DNA from: an uncultured Prevotellaceae bacterium
GTDB lineage: Bacteria > Bacteroidota > Bacteroidia > Bacteroidales > Bacteroidaceae
Assembly (NCBI GenBank): GCA_902783165.1
Contig: CACZPU010000008.1
Location: 3,487 to 67,486 of the forward strand
Direction: 5' to 3'
Length of the DNA: 64,000 bases
Below the pieces are notes generated by a model, which saw only the letters and a list, made by a program, of their open reading frames with translations, made no database searches and was not told the DNA's origin. Below, in pieces: positions 56,316 through 64,000 of this stretch; within the stretch, counting starts at the first letter, position 1; every line of letters begins with the position of its first letter. Made by a program: the position numbers and the translations under genes.

Positions 56316-57821
56316 ATGAAACAGATACAAACGCAGGAACTGAAGTTGGTTCAACAACAACGATTGTCGCAACAACAAATGCTACAAGTCAGGCTGTTGG
56401 AGATGCCGTTGGCCGAGTTCGAGCAGAATGTGAGGACAGAGGTTGATGACAATCCGGCTTTGGAAGTGTTGCCCTCTGATGAGAACGACTTCGGCGAAAA
56501 CATGAACGATGATGAAGGCGAGGAGACTACGGTTGGCGGAGAGGCTGATGAGGCAGAAATGATTGCCCGTGACGAGCGTGAGACGGCTCTCAGCGACATG
56601 CTGAACAATATGGGTAGCGACGACGAGATGCCCACACCGGCCTATGGCAAATATATGAGTGGCGCCGACTATGAGGAGATAACCTACGGAGACCCAACGT
56701 CTTTCTATGACAAGTTGAAAGAACAAATGGGCGAAGAGGACATCAGTGAACAACAGCGCGACGTACTTGAATACCTGATTGGCTCGCTCGACAGTGATGG
56801 CTTATTGCGCAAAACACTCGACACAATAGCCGACGAACTTGCCATCTACCATAATATTTATGTTTCGGAAAAGGAAGTGGAGGAGGTGCTGCACATTCTC
56901 CAACGCTTCGACCCACCAGGAATCGGAGCCCGCTCGTTGCAGGAATGTCTTTTGATACAAATAAACCAGCGGCCGCCATCGCCCACACGCCAGTTGCTTC
57001 ACAAGGTGATGGCCGATTTCTACGACCTCTTCATTAATCGCCGCTGGGATAAAATAGCCCAGCAACTCGACTTGAACGACGAGACGGTAGAGCACCTACA
57101 GGAAGAAATTCTCCGGTTGAACCCGAAACCGGGAGCTGCCATGGGAGAGACAGAAGGCAGAAGCCTGCAACAGATTATTCCCGATTTTATTGTCGATACC
57201 GCAGACGACGGCACTGTCAGCTTCTACATTAACAAAGGTCGGGTGCCCGACTTGTATATATCACCCACCTTCAACGAGATGGTGAAGGGGTATCAGGGCA
57301 ACAAAGGCAACATGAACCGGCAGATGAAGGAAGCTTTGGTATATGCTAAAGAAAAGGTGGACCGCGCCAAAAACTTTATCGAGGCCGTGAAGCAACGACG
57401 TCATACTCTTTACATCACCATGAAGACAATCATCGACATGCAGCGGAAGTTTTTCCAAGACGGTGATGAAAGCGACCTGCAGCCCATGGTGCTGAAGGAC
57501 GTGGCGGAGCGGACAGGGCTCGACATCAGTACTGTTTCGAGGGTGTGCAACGTGAAATATGCACAAACACGATGGGGAATTTTCCGCCTCCGCCATTTTT
57601 TCAGCGAAGGCGTAAAGACCGAAAACGGCGAATCGTTGTCAAACAGAAAATTGAAATTGGCTCTGCAAGAGCTCATTGATGGTGAAGATAAGAAGAACCC
57701 ATTCAACGATGAGGCTCTTTCAAGGGAAATGAAGAGTCGCGGTATGCCTATTGCTCGCCGCACGGTGTCTAAATACAGAGAACAGCTGGGCATACCCTCT
57801 GCAAGAATGAGAAAGAAATGA
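56316..57821 (+). CDS. rpoN: RNA polymerase sigma-54 factor
   Basis: Q/L-rich region I, NPALE, PPGIGARSLQECL, DISTVSR and the RpoN box ARRTVSKYRE. Confidence 0.95.
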   Translation: MKQIQTQELKLVQQQRLSQQQMLQVRLLEMPLAEFEQNVRTEVDDNPALEVLPSDENDFGENMNDDEGEETTVGGEADEAEMIARDERETALSDMLNNMGSDDEMPTPAYGKYMSGADYEEITYGDPTSFYDKLKEQMGEEDISEQQRDVLEYLIGSLDSDGLLRKTLDTIADELAIYHNIYVSEKEVEEVLHILQRFDPPGIGARSLQECLLIQINQRPPSPTRQLLHKVMADFYDLFINRRWDKIAQQLDLNDETVEHLQEEILRLNPKPGAAMGETEGRSLQQIIPDFIVDTADDGTVSFYINKGRVPDLYISPTFNEMVKGYQGNKGNMNRQMKEALVYAKEKVDRAKNFIEAVKQRRHTLYITMKTIIDMQRKFFQDGDESDLQPMVLKDVAERTGLDISTVSRVCNVKYAQTRWGIFRLRHFFSEGVKTENGESLSNRKLKLALQELIDGEDKKNPFNDEALSREMKSRGMPIARRTVSKYREQLGIPSARMRKK

Positions 57822-58435
57822 GAGAAAGAGATATCATATTTACGGCACGTTTGCTTAGCTCTATCTTCAATCCGTTCTACCTTCCATTGGTGGGACTGAT
57901 TATCTTGTTCATGTTCAGCTATCTTAGCCTGCTGCCCTTTTTCTTCAAGTTGCAGGTGTTGCTCATCGTGTACTTGTGTACGGTGCTGCTTCCCACCTTG
58001 CTCATTCGTCTCTATCGCCACTATCAAGGGTGGACACTCTACGAGATGGGTATCAAGGAGCGCCGCATGGTGCCCTACATTATTTCCATCATGAGTTATT
58101 TCCTTTGCTACTATCTCATGAACATGCTCCATATACCGCATTTTATGAGTAGCATACTGGTGGCGGCGCTTGCCATTCAAGTGGTGTGTGCCATCATCAA
58201 TCTGTTTTGGAAAATCAGCACTCATACTGCAGCCATTGGTGGTGTAACGGGGGCTTTGCTGGCCTTTTCCGCAATGTTTGTCTTCAATCCTGTGTGGTGG
58301 CTGTGCCTGCTTATTATCATAGCAGGGTTGTTGGGCACCAGTCGTATGATTCTGCGGCAACACACACTCCCACAAGTGGTGTCTGGTTTTCTGCTGGGCA
58401 TCGTCCTTGCCTATATCTCTGTGTTATGTTTTTAA
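57818..58435 (+). CDS. PAP2-like integral membrane protein
   Basis: ATGA overlap with rpoN, six or so TM segments, and KISTH and SRMILRQHTLPQV motifs. Confidence 0.65.
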   Translation: MRERDIIFTARLLSSIFNPFYLPLVGLIILFMFSYLSLLPFFFKLQVLLIVYLCTVLLPTLLIRLYRHYQGWTLYEMGIKERRMVPYIISIMSYFLCYYLMNMLHIPHFMSSILVAALAIQVVCAIINLFWKISTHTAAIGGVTGALLAFSAMFVFNPVWWLCLLIIIAGLLGTSRMILRQHTLPQVVSGFLLGIVLAYISVLCF

Positions 58436-58512
58436 AAACAATCGGTCTTTGTTCAATGATATTTGTATCTGAATAACTATAAATAATTAACTTTTCATTA
58501 TAATCAAACAAT

Positions 58513-59022
58513 ATGTCTCCATTAGTTAGTATCATCATGGGCAGTACAAGCGACCTGCCCGTCATGGAAAAAGCCATGCAGTTTCTTAACGACATGCAAG
58601 TGCCTTTCGAGGTGAACGCCCTTTCTGCCCACCGTACACCCGATGCCGTGGAGCATTTCGCCAAAGGTGCAAAGGCGCGTGGCATCAAAGTGATAATAGC
58701 TGGTGCCGGTATGGCAGCTGCATTGCCTGGAGTGATTGCTGCCAGTACATCCTTGCCGGTGATAGGTGTTCCTATCAAAGGTAGTGTGCTTGATGGAGTG
58801 GATGCTTTGTATAGCATTTTGCAGATGCCTCCAGGAATTCCCGTGGCTACTGTAGCCATCAACGGTGCTATGAACGCAGCCATCTTAGCGTGCCAGATGA
58901 TATCGCTTGCTGATGAAGCTCTCTCTGCCAAGATGGAGGCCTACAAGGCAAGCCTGGGTTCAAAGATAGAAAAGGCCAATTTGGCTTTGGCGGAGGTGAA
59001 ATACGAATACAAAGTGAACTAA
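58513..59022 (+). CDS. purE: N5-carboxyaminoimidazole ribonucleotide mutase
   Basis: IIMGSTSD, SAHRTP, AGAGMAAALPG and QMPPGIPVATV motifs. Confidence 0.97.
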   Translation: MSPLVSIIMGSTSDLPVMEKAMQFLNDMQVPFEVNALSAHRTPDAVEHFAKGAKARGIKVIIAGAGMAAALPGVIAASTSLPVIGVPIKGSVLDGVDALYSILQMPPGIPVATVAINGAMNAAILACQMISLADEALSAKMEAYKASLGSKIEKANLALAEVKYEYKVN

Positions 59023-59025
59023 ACG

Positions 59026-60426
59026 ATGAAAGTGAAACCATTTCGCCGGCAGACATCTGTCACCTATGTAGGAAACACACCTATGGGCGGTGACAATCCT
59101 ATCCGCGTACAATCGATGACAACCACCAGCACCATGGACACCATGGCAAGCGTAGAACAGATAATCCGCATCGTGGAGGCAGGTGGCGAATATGTAAGAT
59201 TGACTACCCAAGGCACACGTGAGGCGGAAAATATGAAGAATATCTGTGCCGAACTCCGGAAAAGAGGATACTCTACGCCATTGGTGGCCGATGTACACTT
59301 CAATCCCAAAGTGGCTGATGTGGCTGCTCTCTATTGCGAGAAGGTGAGAGTGAATCCCGGCAACTATGTGGATCCAGGACGTACCTTCAAGCATCTTGAA
59401 TACACTGACGAAGAATACGCTGAGGAGTTGAAGAAAATAGAGCGTCAATTTGTGCCGTTCCTTCAAATATGCAAAGAACATAACACGGCGGTTCGCATAG
59501 GTGTGAATCATGGAAGTTTGTCGGATAGGATTATGAGTCGCTATGGTGACACCCCAGCCGGTATAGTGGAGAGTTGCATGGAGTTTCTGCGAATTTGCAA
59601 GCGTGAGTCTTTCCACGATGTGGTCATCAGCATCAAAGCGTCCAATACGGTAGTCATGGTGCAATCCGTTAGGCTGCTGGTGCAGGCTATGGACAAGGAG
59701 GATATGCACTATCCGCTTCATTTGGGCGTGACTGAGGCAGGTGAAGGAGAAGACGGGCGCATCAAGAGTGCTCTAGGCATTGGTGCCCTGCTCACAGAAG
59801 GCATTGGCGACACCATCCGTGTGTCGCTTTCAGAAGAGCCTGAGTGCGAAATCCCCGTAGCACGTAAACTGGTCGACTCCATCGGCGAATGTGTCAAATT
59901 GAGGGATGAAGCAGAACAATCGATTGCCAACGACACCATTTCTCTCTGCATCGACGAGCCTGATTGGGAGACATTCCAATTGAAGGCAGCCATGTCGGTT
60001 GGCGCCTTGCTCATCGACCGTAAAGCCACTCGTTTGGTGTTGCGCTCCAAAGGAGCAGTCCAATGGGAAGAACCATTGCTAACAGCCCTTGCCGACGGCA
60101 TTCTTCAGGCTGCGCGCATCAAGTTCACAAAGACCGAATACATCTCCTGTCCTGGTTGCGGTCGCACACTCTACGATCTGCGCTCTACCATCGCCCGCAT
60201 AAAGGAAGCCACAAAGCACATGGTGGGATTGAAGATAGGCATCATGGGTTGCATTGTCAACGGTCCAGGCGAGATGGCCGACGCCGACTATGGTTATGTG
60301 GGAGCAGCACGTGGCAAGATATCGCTTTATCGTGGCAAGGAGTGCATTGTGAAAAACATTCCCGAAGAGGAGGCGGTTGACCGTCTGCTCGAACTTATAC
60401 AACAAGACAAACAGCAAAGCCGATAG
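59026..60426 (+). CDS. ispG: (E)-4-hydroxy-3-methylbut-2-enyl-diphosphate synthase
   Basis: VQSMTTT, VADVHF, RVNPGN, RIGVNHGS, HLGVTEAG, SCPGCGRT and MGCIVNGPGE motifs. Confidence 0.95.
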   Translation: MKVKPFRRQTSVTYVGNTPMGGDNPIRVQSMTTTSTMDTMASVEQIIRIVEAGGEYVRLTTQGTREAENMKNICAELRKRGYSTPLVADVHFNPKVADVAALYCEKVRVNPGNYVDPGRTFKHLEYTDEEYAEELKKIERQFVPFLQICKEHNTAVRIGVNHGSLSDRIMSRYGDTPAGIVESCMEFLRICKRESFHDVVISIKASNTVVMVQSVRLLVQAMDKEDMHYPLHLGVTEAGEGEDGRIKSALGIGALLTEGIGDTIRVSLSEEPECEIPVARKLVDSIGECVKLRDEAEQSIANDTISLCIDEPDWETFQLKAAMSVGALLIDRKATRLVLRSKGAVQWEEPLLTALADGILQAARIKFTKTEYISCPGCGRTLYDLRSTIARIKEATKHMVGLKIGIMGCIVNGPGEMADADYGYVGAARGKISLYRGKECIVKNIPEEEAVDRLLELIQQDKQQSR

Positions 60427-60443
60427 ACTTCTCTATCGGCTTT
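60416..60443 (+). terminator. Terminator overlapping the ispG stop codon
   Basis: AAAGCCGATAG / CTATCGGCTTT 11-bp stem with a 6-nt loop. Confidence 0.75.
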
Positions 60444-60590
60444 CTATTTCTTGGAAATGATTCTGGCAAATCTTCATTTTGAACTAATGTGTAGTCATTC
60501 AAGTTTTCACCTTTATATAATACTACTGACACACGTGCATTAGCGATACGATAAATGATGATATTCTAGTTCGTCTTTACCTTATTTATA

Positions 60591-62138
60591 TTATAATCCT
60601 CTCTCAGCCCAATCGCCTCTGTCAAGATTGCGATAACCGATGGCTTCGGCTATATGAAGTGCTTGGACTTTCTCTGAATTATCCAAGTCGGCAATGGTGC
60701 GGGCAACTTTGAGGATGCGACTATAGGCACGGGCGGAGAGTTTCAGTCGCTCCATAGCTATACGTAACATGTCCATAGAGGCTGCATCGGGTTCTGCGAA
60801 TTGATGCAACATGCGTTCCGTCATTTGAGCGTTGCAATGAATACCCTTGAAGTCTTTGAAACGTACCTCTTGGATTTGCCTTGCCTTAATCACTCTTTCA
60901 CGTATCTTTTCGCTTGGTTCCCCAGGTTTTAGCTTACTGAGTTCGGAGAAGGGTACTTGTGAAATCTCGCAGTGGAGGTCTATTCGGTCGAGCAACGGAC
61001 CAGAGATTTTGTTCATGTAGCGTTGTATTTGCCCCGGTGTGCAGACACAGGTGTGCGTGGGGTCGCCATAATAACCGCATGGACATGGGTTCATGGAAGC
61101 CACGAACATGAAGGAACAAGGATACTCGAGAGTATATTTGGCGCGGCTGATGGTGATATGGCGATCCTCCAGAGGCTGCCTGAGCACTTCGAGTGTTGAC
61201 TTGTTGAACTCCGGCAGCTCGTCGAGGAAAAGCACTCCATTGTGTGCGAGCGATATTTCTCCTGGTTGCGGATTGGCTCCTCCGCCAACGAGCGCCACTT
61301 GAGAAATGGTATGATGAGGTGCTCGGAATGGCCGTTGGGAGATGAGGCTTGTATCACGGCTTAACTTTCCAGCAATGCTATGTATTTGTGTTGTTTCCAA
61401 ACTCTCTGCCAAAGACAGTGGTGGAAGTATTCCTGGTAATCGTTTTGCCATCATTGACTTGCCGCTTCCCGGAGGACCTATCATTATCATATTGTGGCCT
61501 CCTGCTGCAGCAACTTCCAATGCACGTTTTACGTTTTCTTGTCCACGTACATCGGCAAAATCAAGGTCGAAATGGCTTTGTTGCTCATAGAATTCTCGTC
61601 GGGTGTCAATGACGGTTGGCTCAAACTGTTGAGTTCCATTGAAGAAATTGATGACATCATTGAGCGATTCCATCCCGTAGACATTGATTTGATTGACAAC
61701 GGCAGCTTCGCGTATGTTTTGTTTGGGAACGATGAGTCCTTTGAACTTTTCTTTTCTTGCGCGTACGGCTATAGGCAGGGCGCCGCGCACTGGTTGCAGT
61801 TGCCCGTCCAAGCTCAGTTCGCCCACCATGAGATATTCGTTGAGATGGTCGCTCATCACTTTGTTGTTGGCGGCAAGTATTGCAATGGCGAGCGGAAGGT
61901 CGTAGCTGCTTCCCTCTTTGCGCAAGTCAGCTGGCGCCATATTGACTGTGATGTCGGCCACGGGAAACTTGAATCCGTTGTTTTGCATGGCTGCGGCAAT
62001 TCGGTCGCGACTTTCTTTTACGGCATTGTCGGGCAGTCCGGTAAGGTGGTATAAGACTCCTCGATTCATACTTACTTCTACGGTAACAGTTGTTACTTCC
62101 AGCCCGTTTACTGCAGCCGTGTATGTTTTTACTAGCAT
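60591..62138 (-). CDS. YifB/ComM Mg-chelatase-like AAA+ ATPase
   Basis: GLPDNAVKESRDR, KEGSSYDLP, GPPGSGKS, PFRAPHH, LDELPEF, NPCPCG and SARAY motifs. The -7 box is at 62161-62168. Start moved to MLVKT. Confidence 0.92.
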   Translation of the reverse strand: MLVKTYTAAVNGLEVTTVTVEVSMNRGVLYHLTGLPDNAVKESRDRIAAAMQNNGFKFPVADITVNMAPADLRKEGSSYDLPLAIAILAANNKVMSDHLNEYLMVGELSLDGQLQPVRGALPIAVRARKEKFKGLIVPKQNIREAAVVNQINVYGMESLNDVINFFNGTQQFEPTVIDTRREFYEQQSHFDLDFADVRGQENVKRALEVAAAGGHNMIMIGPPGSGKSMMAKRLPGILPPLSLAESLETTQIHSIAGKLSRDTSLISQRPFRAPHHTISQVALVGGGANPQPGEISLAHNGVLFLDELPEFNKSTLEVLRQPLEDRHITISRAKYTLEYPCSFMFVASMNPCPCGYYGDPTHTCVCTPGQIQRYMNKISGPLLDRIDLHCEISQVPFSELSKLKPGEPSEKIRERVIKARQIQEVRFKDFKGIHCNAQMTERMLHQFAEPDAASMDMLRIAMERLKLSARAYSRILKVARTIADLDNSEKVQALHIAEAIGYRNLDRGDWAERGL

Positions 62139-62321
62139 GATATAGATTGTTATTCTTTTGCAAAGATAATCAATATTTTCCTTATCAAATACGATTATGG
62201 GCAAAATTTAAGGCAATGATATTCCAGATGGCACAAGACTCCTCGATAAGAGTGACTGCAAAGGTGGCTTCCATCAGGTCGTTTTGTGCCAACTGCGATG
62301 TTGTTGCCAAAGAAAATGCTT

Positions 62322-63407
62322 TTACTTCAGCATTTTCTCTAGCTGTTCTTGCATCTCTTTCGCATTGAGGCCTCGGGCAACAATCTTTCCGTTGACATCA
62401 TAGATGATATTGTCTGGAATTGTCTGCAAACCGAATTTCTCCATGAGTGGGCTCTCGAACATGAGTTCGTCGCAAACCGTTGCCCATTGTAGAGAGTCGT
62501 AACGAAGCATATTCTTGCAATCCTGCATGTTGCCGTCGAGGCTGATGCCCAACACTCCAAGCTTGTTACCAGATTCGGTTTTTGCTCTCTTGATGCGTCG
62601 TTGTACGTCTTGGCTTTCATAGTTCCAGCTTGACCACACGTGAACCACCGAGACCTTCCCTCGCAAGTCGCTGTCGTTCACTTTCCGGCCATAGATGTCG
62701 GTGGCGGAGAACGATGGCAAGGGTTTTCCTAAGGCTGCGCGTTGCATGATGTTGAGTTCGCTTTGAATCTTTACAATCTCGCTGTTTTGAGGTTGTGCCT
62801 TCAAAAGAAAATCCGCCAACGATGAAGCGGTAGGGTAGTGAACGTCTTTGTCAAGCAAGAAATATTTTTTCAACAAGAAGATGCTGACGGGCGATTGAGG
62901 ATGGTCTTTGATGAATTGTTCGGCTCGTCTGACGATTTCTGGTGGCGATGCGCTAACGATTTGTTGCCGGAATGAAGTCATTTCCTCGTTGGCCTCTGTT
63001 CCTTTCACTGTCATCTCCTTGAGATGTGAGGCGTCGGCTTTTATCTTCACCGATTTGCCTGGTGTCGCAAAGATGGGATGCTCGGAGAAATTAGGGAATA
63101 CGAGCATGAGGACTCCCTCGTGTGGGCATGGTCTTTCGTACGAGAATCGTCCTCCTTCTACGCGTATGGTGTCAAGTCCGTTCACCAAGTGGTCTTGGCT
63201 GTAGACATAGAATTCTCCTTTGTTGAGGTTGAGAAGATGGCCTTCAATCTTGAAATATCCGCTCTTTGGCCCACACGACACAATGGTGAGCGCTACGGCC
63301 AACAAGCAGACGAAGGCAGAAGTTGTAATAAAACGACAAGCGAGGGATCGTGGGTTATGGTTGCAGCCACGAGAAAGGCTGTGAACAATATTTCTTAAAT
63401 CTACCAT
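62322..63407 (-). CDS. DUF4369 + TlpA/AhpC-TSA-like lipoprotein lacking the CxxC motif
   Basis: Lipobox IVSC, GGRFSY, PIFATPG, WSSWNYES in place of WASWCxxC, GISLD and IVARGL. The start codon is uncertain. Confidence 0.75.
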   Translation of the reverse strand: MVDLRNIVHSLSRGCNHNPRSLACRFITTSAFVCLLAVALTIVSCGPKSGYFKIEGHLLNLNKGEFYVYSQDHLVNGLDTIRVEGGRFSYERPCPHEGVLMLVFPNFSEHPIFATPGKSVKIKADASHLKEMTVKGTEANEEMTSFRQQIVSASPPEIVRRAEQFIKDHPQSPVSIFLLKKYFLLDKDVHYPTASSLADFLLKAQPQNSEIVKIQSELNIMQRAALGKPLPSFSATDIYGRKVNDSDLRGKVSVVHVWSSWNYESQDVQRRIKRAKTESGNKLGVLGISLDGNMQDCKNMLRYDSLQWATVCDELMFESPLMEKFGLQTIPDNIIYDVNGKIVARGLNAKEMQEQLEKMLK

Positions 63408-63430
63408 AACCGATAATCCTTCGCTTGTCG
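63334..63430. repeat. 28-bp imperfect inverted repeat spanning the TlpA-like start
   Basis: 63334-63361 vs 63402-63430 match at about 24 of 28 positions. Inner CAGCC/GGCTG hairpin. Confidence 0.75.
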
Positions 63431-63443
63431 CTTGTGGATAGTA

Positions 63444-64000
63444 TTATTTGCTTACGTTGATAAGCTCAAGGTCGTTGTTGGCATAGTTAGCCAGACCTGG
63501 GTTCTTCTGCAAAGCTGTTCTCAAGAAGGTAGCAGCATTTGAAGTGTTGCCCTGACGTGCACTCAGGATAGCCTGGAGATAGTCGGTCATAGCGTCCTTG
63601 TTCTTGATACCGTTGAGAATAACGGCTGCAGTGGCATAGTTCTTGTTCAGGATTTCTGCCAGAGCGGCTGTGTTGTTGTAAGAATCCTTCAGGTTCTTGG
63701 CAGCCTCTGCATAGTTGCCCTTGGCGATATTCAAGCTACCAAGCACATTGGCCAGACCGTTGGCACCGGTTGCCTTGGAGATATAGTTCTCAGCTGTGGC
63801 TACATCGCCGTTGAGCAATGAAATCAAACCGAGGTTTGCGTTAGCCTCAGGAGCGTTGGCATTGGCGCGGAGAGCCTTTGCGATATAATCCTTAGCAGCG
63901 TCGGTCTTACCCTCATTGAAGAGAATGGCAGCCACGTTGCTTGCTGTACGATAGTCAGCGGGATACAGGTCGGCAGCCTTCTTGTAGATTTCCTCTTTCT
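63444..64000 (-). CDS. C-terminal part of a TPR-repeat protein (5' end outside window)
   Basis: Frame is open to the window edge (EIYKKAADLYPADYRTASNVAA) with repeated TPR-like A..NLG patterns. Confidence 0.8.
   Translation of the reverse strand, partial: KEEIYKKAADLYPADYRTASNVAAILFNEGKTDAAKDYIAKALRANANAPEANANLGLISLLNGDVATAENYISKATGANGLANVLGSLNIAKGNYAEAAKNLKDSYNNTAALAEILNKNYATAAVILNGIKNKDAMTDYLQAILSARQGNTSNAATFLRTALQKNPGLANYANNDLELINVSK

Noticed and set aside
1-64000. tRNA, rRNA, tmRNA, transposase, integrase or phage genes
   Set aside because: No T-loop/cloverleaf signatures in the intergenic gaps and no ORF with DDE, recombinase or phage motifs seen by eye. tRNAscan and Infernal would be needed to exclude them fully.

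Overview
A 64 kb chromosomal window from a Bacteroidota anaerobe, most likely Prevotellaceae. The basis is many TAnnTTTG -7 promoter boxes, A-rich Shine-Dalgarno-less leaders, Gln-starting secreted proteins and Bacteroidales-like rpoN-purE-ispG synteny. About 50 intact CDSs are present. Housekeeping genes: miaB, rnr, cysS, type II pantothenate kinase, succinate CoA-transferase, three FKBP PPIases, a sirtuin, rpoN, purE, ispG and a YifB/ComM ATPase. Plant-glycan genes: a transketolase/FGGY kinase/fucose-isomerase-family sugar operon resembling the non-oxidative apiose route, two CE15-like esterases, GH28, PL1, GH43-like and GH29. Also present are an ECF sigma/anti-sigma operon, scattered late cobamide genes (cbiA, cobQ, cbiB, cobD) and three aldo-keto reductase/4Fe-4S paralogues. 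I found no rRNA, tRNA, CRISPR, transposase, integrase, phage gene, SusC/SusD pair or cobalamin riboswitch. The most unusual signals are: (1) two intergenic 22-bp arrays that differ in sequence but share an exactly 11-bp-phased TACA-N7-TGTA-N7 skeleton; (2) a NapH-NapG-like polyferredoxin with an internal twin-arginine signal, paired with a Tat-lipoprotein aldo-keto reductase; (3) a 28-bp inverted repeat that sequesters, and partly encodes, the start of a TlpA-like gene; (4) a frameshifted secretion-CTD remnant; (5) a pseudoknot-compatible 5' leader. Family names come from motif recognition by eye, not database searches.
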